A stretch of DNA of 62,000 nucleotides from Vicugna vicugna (lineage: Eukaryota): the NCBI GenBank assembly GCA_013265495.1, contig MU058009.1, positions 4,282,739 to 4,344,738 on the forward strand, given 5' to 3'. Shown piece by piece: positions 37,461-49,919 of the stretch. A program made the translations under genes and the position numbers. The notes below the pieces were generated by a model. The model made no database searches and had not been told where the DNA came from. It was given only the letters and a program-made list of their open reading frames with translations. How positions within the stretch are numbered: position 1 is the stretch's first letter; each line of letters starts with the position of its first letter.

Positions 37461-39814
37461 TCCTGCTTTCCTTTCCTTTAATAATTATCTCTTCTTTCCA
37501 ATAAATGTTTGTTGAATGAATACATGAGAAAAATATATGTAGTAAAGTGCAAAATGAATGAATGGTTCAGACTCAGATTCCACTAGGGAAGGACGAGGTC
37601 TTCAAGGTCAAGTGGAGAGAGGTCTGCCAGGAGGAGCTGGTCCTCCAAGTCACCCTGGATTCAGAGATAAGTGCCTTCGCTCTGGAATCTCGGAGGACAG
37701 CCCTCTACACATTTGTAGTCCCCCCTCCCCTGCTATTCTCTGGTCTCTTTCCTTTACAGGAGCTGCAAAATTAGCTCACACTTTCCACCGAGTGCAGTGT
37801 TACCCCATGTGTTTCTTTAACCTTCCGCTTGGCGTTGTTAACCTCTCAGAAAGGCCTCATCCAGCTCTAATTCCTGGGATCTTCCGAGAGCATCACCTTC
37901 CCCGCGCGGCCCTGGAGAGAGGGGCCCGAGATGACATTCTCTGGTCACAGTCCAGAGCATCTGCACATGGGAGAAAATGGAGGAATTAAGAGAAACTGCT
38001 CTCAAACGATGCACGCCTGCCGAATCCTTAATTCCACCCCTTGGTGCTCAGAACTCTCGCCTTTGAACAGCACTCACAGTGAAGCCCACGGGCGGCCCCT
38101 CTCAGCGAGGGACGGGGAGAGCGGCGCATCCTTCTCCCGGCTTGTCACTGCAGAGCTGCGGTAATAATAGTCTTTTCCTGATCCCCTGAACTTTCCCATC
38201 TGCTTCATAAAACAATGGCACTTCTTCCCTCGCTCGGTCTCCCTCTCTCTTTTATTTTTATCTTCCTGCACTATAATTTAAAGCTGTGGCAGTGCTGTAG
38301 CCCTCGAGGTTTTTTTTTTTCCTCCTTTCTTCTCCCCTTGCTTTAATACACGACTGTTATTTAAAATGGCCTTTCGTCGGAGCGCAGGAAGCTGCCGGAG
38401 CCGGGGCACTGCCTCGCGCCTCTGTGGAGGGCGGGTGGGGCCGGCCTGGCCCCAGCCTCCCCGGGGACCCCCTTCCCGTCCCCACTGCCGCACAAATCGG
38501 CAGGGCTGTTTGTGTGTTTACTGGGTTTTCCCGCGAGGCGTGTTTTCAGAAGACCTCAGAAGCTGAGGCCCCAGAAATGCCCCCACGTCTTAAATGGCCA
38601 TTGTATCAAGCTGGCGACCCTCAGCGGTCGGCCAGGCATTGGGTCCAAACAAAGCGATCCGAGCCGAATGCAGCGAATGCGGCGTGCCCAGACCCCGGGA
38701 GGGGCTGCGTGTCGGCCACCAAGGCAGAGATTCTCGGCTGTTGCTGTGTGAGCGTTCCCTCAACTGCTCTGCCAGTCACACCGGGCCCCGCTCCCTGCCT
38801 CAGCTGGACGGCGGCCCCAGGGAAGGGCTGTGGCCGGGGGCTGCTTTTCCCGGGAGATGCCATCTATTTCAGGTGTCAAGGAGGGCGGCGGGCCCTGGTG
38901 TCTCCCAGCCCATGCTGCTGCACCCGCTGCTCTGGTTTGGCCTCTGGCCAGCGACCGCTTTGCCGTAAGACCCTTTGCACACTGCCGGCCTCTGTGTGGG
39001 TTCATTTCCGTGGATGCACCTGTGCCTCTGAAAGCGATTCTGGCCTCCTGTGTTCTCTCCAGAGCCTCCTCTGAGCTGGCACCGGCCAAGCAATTATATT
39101 GTAAACGATCTCATGAAGGAAGATGCCATCGCAATAAAACATGGGGGACAGAACAAGGCTGAAGGCTAGACTAGTGTGTGTGTGTGTGGAGTAGGGGTCA
39201 GTGGGAAGGCACGTCCCAGCCCTCGTGGAGGTGACCACTCCTCTGTCTGGAATTTGCAGCCATTCCACCAGCTGGAGAAGGAATCTCTGGGGAAGACAGG
39301 GACTGCCTGTCCCCAGCTGGTGTGCCGAGGTCTACAGGCCCTCTGCAAAGGGAAGAGGTTTTCCTCCCAGCTGCAGTGGGCCGTCTCCCTGGCGGCGCTG
39401 CCCCCGCGGGCTGGCGGCAGGAGGACGTCCCGAGGTCTGGCCTCTTGGTTCTTCCGGTTTCTCGATACGTTCCTTTGGAGTAAATGTCATGGCTTCTGTT
39501 CCTCCTTCTCTGTCGGAAATCTCCGTTCTCTTCAACACTGGAAATCATCTTGCAAACCACAGAGATGAGAGGGAGGCTAGAAGCCAGGAGCCTGGGTTTC
39601 TGGTGAGTGAGATTCCCGGCCCTGAAGGGGTGATGCGGGTCAAGGCCACAGCCGCGCGCTCCTCTCCGGTCTTTCCTTTAACTTTAGGCAGAGCGGTTAT
39701 AATCAGTATCTTTACCTTCCTCTAACAGTTCAAGGCTGTCAGAGTGTTTAAAATTTGTCACGTTTCCAACTTCATAGCTGTTGCTGACCTACAGTTTAAT
39801 TAAGATTATAGTTT

Positions 39815-39920
39815 TGATCATCTCTAGGTCCATTCCTGTTGCTGCAAATGGCCTTATTCCATTCTTTATGGCTGAGTAGTATTCCACTGTGTGTGTGTGT
39901 GCGCGCGTGTGTGTGCGCAC
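39815..39920 (-). mobile_element. Short internal L1 fragment (~75 bp) followed by a (TG)/(CG) alternating repeat
   Basis: tctctaggtccattcctgttgctgcaaatggccttattccattctttatggctgagtagtattccactgtgtg is antisense L1 ORF2 end. Confidence 0.8.
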
Positions 39921-40304
39921 TCCTGCGCCTCCACCTGGGATTATTTATTTAGTTATTTTGGTTTAGTTCTTCCTGCTCAAAGTACCATGCTCAGGGCTTC
40001 ATCTAGCACAGCTCTGCTGGCAGGCGGTGTCTCCTTGGACCCTCGCTGTCCCACGAAGCCCTCAGCCTCCCCCACCACCTGCCCGGTCCACCCAGCTCAG
40101 CGGGGGCTGGTCAGTCAGTGCCGTTGTGCTTGGCAGACCTTCCTTTCCTCGTCTTTATTTCAACATTTGTTCCTCGTCTTATGGAAAATTAGAAATGTAT
40201 CTACCGTCAGCCCTCTGACTCACCTTCCCATCAGCCCCCGTTCTCCCCATTTCTTCTCATTCATTTCTGACAGCGTCGGGAACCAAATTCTTCTCTTTAA
40301 CCAC

Positions 40305-40870
40305 TTTTTTTATTGAAATACAGTCAGTTTACAATGTGCACAGCATAGTGTTTCAGTCATGCATGTACATACATATATTCATTTTCATACACTTTTTCAT
40401 TGTAGGTTATTACAAGATATTGAATATAGTTCCCTGTGCTGTACAGTATAAACTTGTGGTTTACCTATTTTATATATAGTAGTTACTATTTGCAAATCTC
40501 GAACTCCCAATTTATCCCTTCCCACCCCCTTTCCCCCTAGTAACCATAAGTTTGTTTTCTATGTCTATGATTCTGTTTCTGTTTTATAGATAAGTTCATT
40601 TGTGTCTTTTTTTTTAGATTCCACATATAAATGATATCATATAGTATTTTTCTATCTCTGTCTGGCTTACTTCACTTAGATTGATAACCTCCAGGTCCAT
40701 CCATGTTGCTGCATTAGTTCATTCTTTTTTATGACCGAGTAGTATTCCATTGTGTAAATATACCATGACTTCTTTACTCAGTCAACTGTTGATGGACATT
40801 TAGGTAGTTTTCATGACTTGACTATTGTAAATGTTGCTGCCGTGAACATCGGGGTGCATGTGTATTTTCG
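40305..40870 (-). mobile_element. Young L1 3' end (same family as 31499-31900)
   Basis: tttttttattgaaatacagtcagtttacaatgtg...taaccataagtttgttttctatgtc...gaacatcggggtgcatgtgtattttcg. Confidence 0.92.
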
Positions 40871-43800
40871 GCAAGCTAGATGCAGCCAGCCAGCAGAGCA
40901 GCAAGGTGACCCAGCCGCCAGGTCCATTAGTGACCCTGGGCATCCCAGAAAGGCCACTGCCCTCTCCCAAAAGCAGAGGGTCCGGGAGAGGGTTGGGGTA
41001 GGGTGTGCAAGGCATGAACTGGCAGAGGAACTTAGCAGCAGGAAAAAAAGTCCCAGGAAGAATCAGCAGTGGTGGGAGGGCACAGAACGGGGCACACGAG
41101 GGCCCCAGGTACTGGTGCATTGGAGGCTGTGGGCGAGAAGCTCCTTGCTGGTTGATAGGAGGGGGGAAGGCTCACTGCAGCTTTGGGTCCCGCATAATGA
41201 TGGGTGAGACGCATGGGCTGGGTATCCAGGTATGTGGGGCTTTCCAGGGCTGCCACAGGGCTGGGGAGGCGAGGGACGTGTCTGTGTGCACCCCTGATGG
41301 CCTCTGAGAGGTTAATAGATGATTCTGTAGAGGGCAAAAGTGTACCTTGCTCGAACAGATTTAAAAATTCTGTGTGGTATGTTCCCCATTTGGAGATCCG
41401 TGATGTGTAAGAGCTGATTAAAGACTCTGAAGAGCCCGGCACTTATCTATTTAACCCAAAGTTTCTCCAAACTTGTTCAACGAAGACGTCTTTCTTTCCA
41501 ACTACTGATTACCGTAACATCTTGCAGTGCGCATCTCGCATTTGGGAAAACCATTCATCCTAAAGCAACAACCCTCTCTGTTCTGCCTCTTGCTACTCAA
41601 GGGCTTTTTTTTTTTATAATCCAACAACATGTTTCCAAAACGGTACCTGTGAACAATTCTCTTCCTGGAACTCTCTTCCCGTGTCCTCGGAGCTTACGAT
41701 CTGGCCATGATTAGGATTCCTGTTTGTTGAGGGTCTGCTGTCTGCCCCGTGGGCTCCGTCCAAGTCATACCGCTAACCCTCACGGTGATCTTACTGCAGA
41801 GACAGCAGCGCCCCCGGTTCGTGGATGAAAACCTGAGAGCCAGGCTTCTTAAGTACCGTGCCCAAGGCTAGTGGGGAAGCCAGGATTTGACCTGAAGTCT
41901 GGCGGCCTCTAAGGCAGTGTTTTTCTGCCACACTCCACCAATTAAGAAAACGGGGCCCATTTACCAAAGAAAACAATGTAAGAAGCAGATACGCTTAACA
42001 GCCTTTCTAAAGTCGTACACACGCAGCAGTGGGTGCTGGGAAACCATCCAGCCCTGTCGGTCTTCTGGTCCGTCTGCAAACAAGGAATCTGAGATCTGGA
42101 GAAAGTGGAATGACTCGCCAGAGGTCACAGGAGCAGCTGGTTTCAGAGTCAATAAGATTCAGATTCAAAGGGTTCAACTTGCAGAGTGAGGATGACCCCC
42201 GCCCCCAGGCCCCCAGCTCAGGCCTCCTGGGGGAGGCGTGGGGAGCGGAGCTGCTCCTGTTCACCTGTGCGGGCGGAGGGCCCAGCACGGGGCCTGGACG
42301 GATGACGTGGCTCTCGTCCACGAGTCTTCTGAATTCTCCTCAAATGTGGATTCTGGAGAAATGAGACAGTCTTTGCAGATTCATTGATAAACTCAGGCCA
42401 GGGAGAAGCTGGGTGTGCTCTGCCCAAAGCCCCACTGTCACCGTGTGTCCCCTGCCTCCAGGCCACCAGCCACTCCCAGATTGCAGCTGTCACCTAAAGC
42501 TGATGGTGCTCCAGCGCCCATAGCCAGCGTCCAGCTCGGCTCCCGGTGTAGCCGGATGTCCTCACCTGCCCCCCCTCCCAGGGAAGCCTCTTGCCCACCT
42601 CCGCTACCCCCTGCTCTCTCAAGCCTCCTCGGCCACCTGTCCTCGCTCACTTTGCCGCTGCCTCCGAAGTTTCTCCTGCCCTCTGGTCTTTGTCTAGAAC
42701 GTTGCTCTGTTTTCTTGTCCCTCATCCCCGTGTTCCTCAGAACCCAGCTCGTCTCCTCAGCGTCTCCTGACTTTCCTACGCACGGGCCTCATCTCCTCCT
42801 TGTCCTCCGCTCACCAGACCTCCGCCTCCTGTTGCATCTCGCCCTGCGTCCTGTCCTCCTGGAGCGACTTCTGGCAGCCTCCTTTCCTTGATCACTCTCT
42901 CCTTGCTTCCCCTCATGTTACTTTCCTCACGGCCCAGACTTTTCTGTGAAACAGCATCCTTTTCTATCTCCAGCCTGCCCCTCATCCCTCTGCCCTTGGG
43001 GCAGACCCCTGTGTCTGTCCTGACCTCCTCATTGTCCGTGTCCCCAGGAGACAGAGCAGCTCCGTTCTGCGGAGACGCCAAAGGCGGGCGGGTGGGAGGG
43101 AGCCGGGACTTTGCAGGTGGGTCAGCGTCTCCCGCTCCTGCTGGGATCCTCGGGTCTGGGGTTTCCAGCCCCAGTCCTGTTGACATCTGGGGCTGGCTGT
43201 CCTCCGAGGTGGGGGCCGTCCCATGGGACTCGAAGCAACATCCCTGACTTCTGCTCCCTGAATGCCGGTAGCATCCACCTCCCAGCAGTGCCACCAAAAA
43301 TGAGCAGACGCTCATCAGGGCGGATCTGAGCCTGACTCCTTGTTGTTGTTTTGGTCCCTTTGGCTCTTCTGACCTCCTCTAATCCCTTCTGTCACCTTTT
43401 TATCCGTGTTCTCTTTAGCCTTATTTCACTGTAATCCGAACTTCTCACGTGACCACATGGCAGTCCTGAGCCCAGTCTGCTAGAAGCAGCCCCAACCAAG
43501 CCCTTTCACGGTTCTCACACCAGGGCACTGCCAGGCTCCCGCCTGTCCCTCGGAAGGTCACAGTGTCACCTAGCCGGCTGCTCCAGGAAGCTCAGCTTCT
43601 TGGCTGCCAGGCAGTTAAGGCCTGTTTGATTAGCTGTAAAACAAAATCCCGAAAATGCCAAGAGGCAAATCTCAATTCACCTTTCAGAGCCACAGACTCA
43701 GTTCCAAGGACGCACTCCGGCGTCCCCTCCGATCTCCGCGCCGCCCCCTGGCTGGAAGACAGCTCCGAGCCCCCAACGCCCTCTGCTTGGCTGGGCCCCG

Positions 43801-45599
43801 GCAGGGGCCCCTCCATCCTGCGCAGCCGCCACTGCTTCCCAAGTCTGATGCCACCTCGTGACTTGCGTCCCAAGCTCACCTCCTCGGCCAATGAGCTGGT
43901 CTCCTGTTCTATGTCTCCACTTTGCTTCTTTTGAAAACACATCTTGCTCCCAAATCTGCTTCAAAAAATTATAAGAAAAGAAAATTAAAGAGGTAAAGAA
44001 ACCAGACATACCCAGGGAAGCTGGGCGGACGTGAAGTGAAGCACCCGCCTCCTCGGCGCTCTGCCTGGGCCGCGTTTGCGCACCACCGCGGGCCATCCTG
44101 GAAGGGAACGTGCACAAGGCAGGTCTCAGATAATCTCCTCCTTGCAGGATGCTCTCCTGCCATGAAACACTGTAGTTTCACCACGACGTTGTCTTCCCTG
44201 CCAAACGTCCTTTCGTGGTCTTTCCCAGGTCACAGCGTGGGGGCCCCCACGGGCAGCCCTTCATTTGGGGAAGAAGGCATAACTGCCCACAGCCATCATG
44301 ACCACAGCAACAGAAATAGGTGGGGCCCCTCAGCCAGTGCTGCCTCTGGTCTGCTGGTGACCTCAGAGGCCAGCGTGCAGAGAAGGCTGACCACAACGCA
44401 GGATGCCGTCCGTGGTCCAGGCCACTGCATCCTTGCGCTCGCTTCCCTGGTGGCGTCAATCCGTTGCTTCCCACCTTTGAGTTACATCTCTCCAGAGGCT
44501 TGTCTGAATCTCTGTCCCTCTCTGCACAGTCATGGCTCACCAGATCGTCACCCCCCACCAGGTGGTCCTTAAATACGGACGCTTTCTGAGTCCAGCCTGA
44601 CCCCCACTGCGCGGGTTTGTCCCCTGGGCCTGTGCGGACAGGCGCCGTGTGATCTCAGACAAGCAGCCTGGAAGTGGTATGAACAGGCCTTTTGTGTCCA
44701 GATGAAGCCCTTCCAGAAGGTCATCCGTGACTGCAGGAGAGGCCGAGATGAGCTCACCCGCCATGGCCTCTGAAGCCCGCAGCGCACCTGTGAGGCCCGC
44801 CGATTCCAGCCGAGGGAGACGGGCGTGCGTCCCGCAGACCCGTGCTGCCGCCGCCGGGGCCCCGGCTCCACAAACGGGGTGCGTGCGTTTGTCTGGCTGC
44901 CTTTCTGCGGAAGCATCCGTTACTCCCCTACGTTTCCTTTATCGCTGCAGCAAAGTATTTAAACACTACCCACTGAACCCCATCTGTCACCGGGCCCCGT
45001 GGCTGTCAGGGCCCTGCCTCCCCGGGTCTACGAAGAAACTCGCGGTGAAGGCTTCTGTGCCAAACAACAGGGCAAATTAAATCAAAGCGCATGCCGCACC
45101 CGGAGGATGTGCGTGTCAGCTCTGACTTACTGCACGGAGCACGCTTAGGAGAGAGGAAGCAGCGGCTTTTGTCACCGCGAGGGGCCATTAAAAATGAATT
45201 AGGGCCTCTGCTGAGAGAGGGCACGCAGAGAATCTTTCATTCCGAGACGCTGTCCTCTCTCACCTTGCAAGGAAATAGTCAAAGACGGGGTGGCGGTGGT
45301 CTCAGTCTCTCCGAGCTTTGGCTGTGTCCTCAAGCACCGCGGGGGGCAGGGAGGGAGCAAGGAGCTGGGAGAAGGACTGTGCCGGCCGTGGGAGTGGCTG
45401 GGGTGGCCGGGGCTCCCAAGGGCAGGGACATGGGCAGGTGCAGCTGAGAGCAGGAGGCACCCTGTGGCTGGGAGGGGCGCAGGGCACCAAGGGGACCCGG
45501 GGAGGCGCCGGATCTGGTCCTCAGCCCGCAGATCAGCTCAGACTGCAGAGCCCTGAGAACCGACCACGAGACCCCCAGCCCCTCAACGCGGCTCACTTC

Positions 45600-45790
45600 C
45601 TGGGCTGACTTTCTCACACGGGTTTCTCTTAATCTTCACAGTCCTCTGAGGCAGGAATGATTTTTTGCCCATTTTACAGATGAGGAACCTCCAAACGTGT
45701 AAAGCCTTTGCTGACAGCCATCCAGTTTGTGTGCAGCAGGGCCAGGATTCAAGTCTACGTCCGTCTGATTTCAAAGCCCGTTGCCCCCCT
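45600..45790 (-). mobile_element. MIR SINE
   Basis: ttaatcttcacagtcctctgaggcagg...cccattttacagatgaggaacct...gccaggattcaagtctacgtccgtctgatttcaaagccc. Confidence 0.75.
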
Positions 45791-46371
45791 TTGTAAAAGA
45801 ACCTCTCCTCCCTCACCCGCTCCCCGGGAAACACCGCTCATCTGTCTTCCTGTAGCGAGGAAGGGGCCTTCGATGTCCTAGCAGACGCTTGCCCACCGTC
45901 CTGCCGGAGCCGCGTTCACTGTGGATTTAGCTGCGGAGTCCGACGCACCAGACACGTTTGGCCTTGGCGGCAGCGCGGCACACGTGGACGGCTGCTCCGG
46001 CATGTCTAATCCAGCCCTTCCCAGGCAGAGATCCTGACTGTGGATGGCACTGCTCCATCCTCCAGGAGGGGAGGAGCCCACGGACCACCTCAGATTAGAC
46101 CCCAGGCTGCAGGAGTCGGCCTCCCGTGCCGGGGTTGTTGATGTGCGGTGGGGCAGCAGCTGGGCTGGCGGAGAGGACGCGGGATGGGGGTTCTCACTGC
46201 TCCCACCTCGTCTCGGCTGCTGACCATCTTCCGTCCTGTGCAGCGCCCCGTGGGTTAGCACACTGTGCGACGGGGCACTTCCCGCAAGTCTGGGCTCGGG
46301 CTTGGATACAGTCTGCGGGGCACGAGCTCAGATGGCCAGTGAGGTTTCTGATTTTCTTCTGAAGGGTTGCT

Positions 46372-47257
46372 CAGTGTTGCCAAATGTTTGGCCGGTTCTT
46401 GGACTGTTTGGCCATTTCAAACAGAATGGCCCCCCTAAGTAGCATCTTAGTATTTTTCACACTTTCAGAACCGTGTAATATCCAGCTTTGTGCTACGCCA
46501 GCGTCTTTGGCTAACCTGGGCTCTGTCTGCGAATTCCTTAAGGGTTTGAGCTTTTTTACCTTTGGCTATCTCTCAAAGGTCCTTGGCCACAGCAGGAAAA
46601 GCAAACGACTCTCGATGTAGGTCCACATTGTCCACAGACCGCTGATCTGAAACTTGTTCGTGTGTCCTGCCATCTCCATTCAGCACAAGCAAGCAGGGGC
46701 GCCGCCTGGCAGGAGAGGGTAATGCTACGACTTCATCAAAAATCCATATGCACACGAATTACAGTGGACAAGTATGCATCTGTAAGACGGTGACAGTCAC
46801 CCTTCATGCCTGTGACAAATTGAAGGCTTCGTTGGATTCAGTCAAAACAGTCCAATTCAGTACAAATTCAATGGTTCAGTTTGGAAACATTTTCTATGCT
46901 TATTCTACAAGTTTCCTCTTTGTAGACACTCCCTGTGGTGTGACTGAACTGCTGGAAATATTAACCGTCTCTTTGTACCACCATATGGATATTTAACATT
47001 GTTTGTTTATTTTTAAGAACATTCTACAGTTTTACTTTGGAGAAAGGTGCCTTATTGTGTGGATGCCGTCATTAGAAGCTGGAGAGACTAGAAGATGAAT
47101 AAAATGTAGCCGTAGACAACTTTCATGTGATCATCAGCTGCACCCAGAAGAAATTTCGGTGCAAATCTGTGTCCTCAGATTTGACCTGTCTGTAGTTTGC
47201 ACAAGTAGATCATAAAAATATCTACAAAATGACTTTATTTACAATCTGGCCAAACTG
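46372..47257 (-). mobile_element. Candidate ancient hAT (Tip100-like) DNA transposon fossil with a transposase C-terminal remnant
   Basis: Minus strand 46893-46739 reads KMFPN*TIEFVLNWTVLTESNEAFN/FVTGMKGDCHRLTDAYLSTVIRVHMDF (one frameshift), resembling the hAT dimerisation domain. Imperfect terminal inverted repeats: cagtgttgccaaat and reverse-complement cagtttggccagat. Confidence 0.55.
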
Positions 47258-49489
47258 ACTTGTTTTGGCTGAAGATCTGCAGCAAAAGAGGGTCACCAGA
47301 TGGGAAAGCCCTTCATCTCCAGAGCAGGCCTGAAGCACAGCCGAGTTTTGGGGGAGTTGGCAGCAGAACACGGGGAGCCTTCTGTTCAAATGTGCCCCAA
47401 GCCCAGCAGGTCAGCAGCCGCAGCCGCTCTCGTTTGGAGAGCGGTTCGTCGGAGCCTTGTCCTTTGCTCCTGAGCGCTGCTTGTGGACCTGTGCTCTCTG
47501 GGCGGGAGGGGCCCGCGCCGGGGTCTGAGGATCTGGGGTCCGTCACTGCCTCTTCACCTTTTAGCTGCATGGTCTCAGGTGTGTCTGGTGACTGGACGTG
47601 AAGCTGAGACGTCCCCTCTTGTCGTTTGTTGGCTGGTGCACTAAGCCGTCGTCACCTGAAGACAAAGGTGGGCTCCCCTTAGAGAGAGCTGTCCTTGAAC
47701 CGGGGGCGTGCTGGTCAGTTTATTTCCCTGCCAGGAATTCCAAACTAGCTGCCAAGAGCCTTCAGATGTTACCTCATCTCTCTGCGCCTCTCTCCTCTTC
47801 TGCAGTCCAGGTGGCAATGATACCCAGCCCACAGCGAGGAGGGGTGTCCAAGAGGCTGGGGTGGGAGGCGCCATGACACGTGTTGGAATCCAGGTCCACC
47901 TGGTGCCCACAGACGCACGGCCCAGTTGGCAGCCGGGAAAGCCAGCCGCTCCTGCCTTCCGCTGGTTACAAGACTTTGCAGAACAGGGAAGATCAGCAGG
48001 GCAGGCGCCCGGGAAGAGGGAAGACTGGGGTCAGTTCTGCGTTTGGGCAGAACCGGTGGTTCTACTGCCCAGATTCGGGACTTCGTTTAGACGCGGCGTC
48101 TCTGAGATGCCATTTGAGATGGAAGGCCTGATCCTGGAGGACCACCTGGGCACGATAGGAGAGGGAAGGCAGGTCCCTCCTTGTCTGGAGAACAGGTGGG
48201 ATGCGGGCTCTGGGAGAGCAGGGGCTGCCAGTCAGGCGGTGTTAACAGAGCGGAGCGGGCGGATTTCAATAAAAGAAAAAGAGTATAAATATTGTGAGGG
48301 GCGGCAGGGAGACGGGGAAGTGCAGTCGCGTTTGACTAGTCACAGTGGGGAAACTTCTCAAGAACTCTAAGCCCAGCAGCCCTCGAGCTGAGGCAGGTGA
48401 CTGGGCTGCTCCGCTGACAGACGCATCCGGGGTTGCTCTGTGCACACCAGTGATGAGGCCCCAGCTGGATGGGGGGATCCCAAATTGGTGAGCCCAGCCC
48501 AAGCTGCAGCCTGCCCGGGCATGTGCAGCGGGCACTCAGCTACCTGCTCCTCTGCCCCCCACCCCGCTCCCTGCACCCAGGGAGCCCCGCCTGCACACCG
48601 TCTGCCACTGGCGCCTCGCTGGCCAGGGCACTCGGAGGTACCTTCCTCCAGGGGCGCCCGCAGGCAGCAGCCCCCACCGTCCTCGCCCCAGCGCTTCCTT
48701 CCTCAGTTGCTTCCTGATTCGCCCCAAATACTCAAACCCGCCACTTCCCCGCCCCCTGTCGGCTTCTCCTCCGTGGGCCAGGTTCCCGGGATTGCTCCTC
48801 ACCCTTGCTCGGAAGTCACAGGGGCGCAGGAACTGCCTCTTGCCCGGACTCCGCTTGCCTCTGGCCGATGCCCAGGTGGCCTGATGCCCAGCCTGTCTTG
48901 GGAGCGACTGTTCCTCCCACTCTAAAGCCAGCCCCTCGCCCTTCTCCCCCGCCTCCATCTGGATGTGGTCACCCCTCCTCTAGGGCGTCCCCTGTGATTG
49001 CAGACTCCCCAGAGATGCCCTTCCTGCCCTGGCCTTGCCTGTGGCTGTTCTCAGCTTCTGTCTGGCCCCACCCCTCCCACTCCCGGCACGTCGTGCCCAG
49101 ATTCATGCATATCTAGTCTTTCTCTGCCCCTTGTTGGTGCCTGAGCTCGTTCAAAGGCTGCGGCTCATCCTGCTGTTTGTATTTTGTGGTACAAGCGTCA
49201 CGACATGAATCACTGTGGCTTCTGTGTAACTAAAGTCAGAGCACGGCATGTCCTGTCAATAAAGGACCGGGGACTCTTGTTTAATACCGACCTGGTCCAA
49301 CTCACTGTCTTCTCATACCTGCGTTTTGCACGAGCCAACTATCCTCACTCGACTCCGCCCCAGCCCTGCTTGGGCCAGTTGGTCTTGTTAGAGCTGTGTC
49401 TTGTCGCTCCCCTGCACAGAAGCCCGCAGGAGTTCCCACCTTGTTCAGAAAACAAGCCTGACCACCTCGCTGGCCCCGTCCCTCCATCT

Positions 49490-49915
49490 CTTCCTTTTGA
49501 ACACTCTCTTCCAGCCAGACTGCCTTCCTTCTTGCTCTTCAACTGTACCATGCAGATCCTGCCACAGGGCCTTTGCACTTGCCGTCACTCCATGGAACAG
49601 TCTTCCCAGGGAGCTCCATGGCTCACGTCCCCAGTGTCACTTCAGGGGAGCATCTCTGAGTCCCCTGTCTCCACACATCGTCCCGTCACAGAACCACTGC
49701 CCTGCAGTCCTGTGTCCTTCCCCTCAGTACTTACCACCCTCCATGGACTCTGCATGTGCATAAACGTATTTATTCATGCACCTGTCTCCCCAGTTTGAGG
49801 TGTCAGCTCCCTGAGGGCAAGACCTGTGTCCCTTTTGTTCACAAGTCTATCCTCAATACCTAGTACAGTATTAGGCATGTAATAAGGGCTCAATTAATAT
49901 TTGTGTAGCTAATGA
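49490..49915 (+). mobile_element. L2 LINE 3' portion
   Basis: cagggcctttgcacttgccgtcactccatggaac...gtcagctccctgagggcaagacctgtgtcc...gctcaattaatatttgtg. Confidence 0.8.
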
Positions 49916-49919
49916 AAAC

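Noticed and set aside
46573..46755. ORF segment FDEV...RPCLLVLNGDGRTH resembling a pogo DDE motif (LLLLDGHSSH)
   Set aside because: The catalytic Asp and the downstream QPLD motif are absent, and the adjacent sequence fits a hAT C-terminus better.
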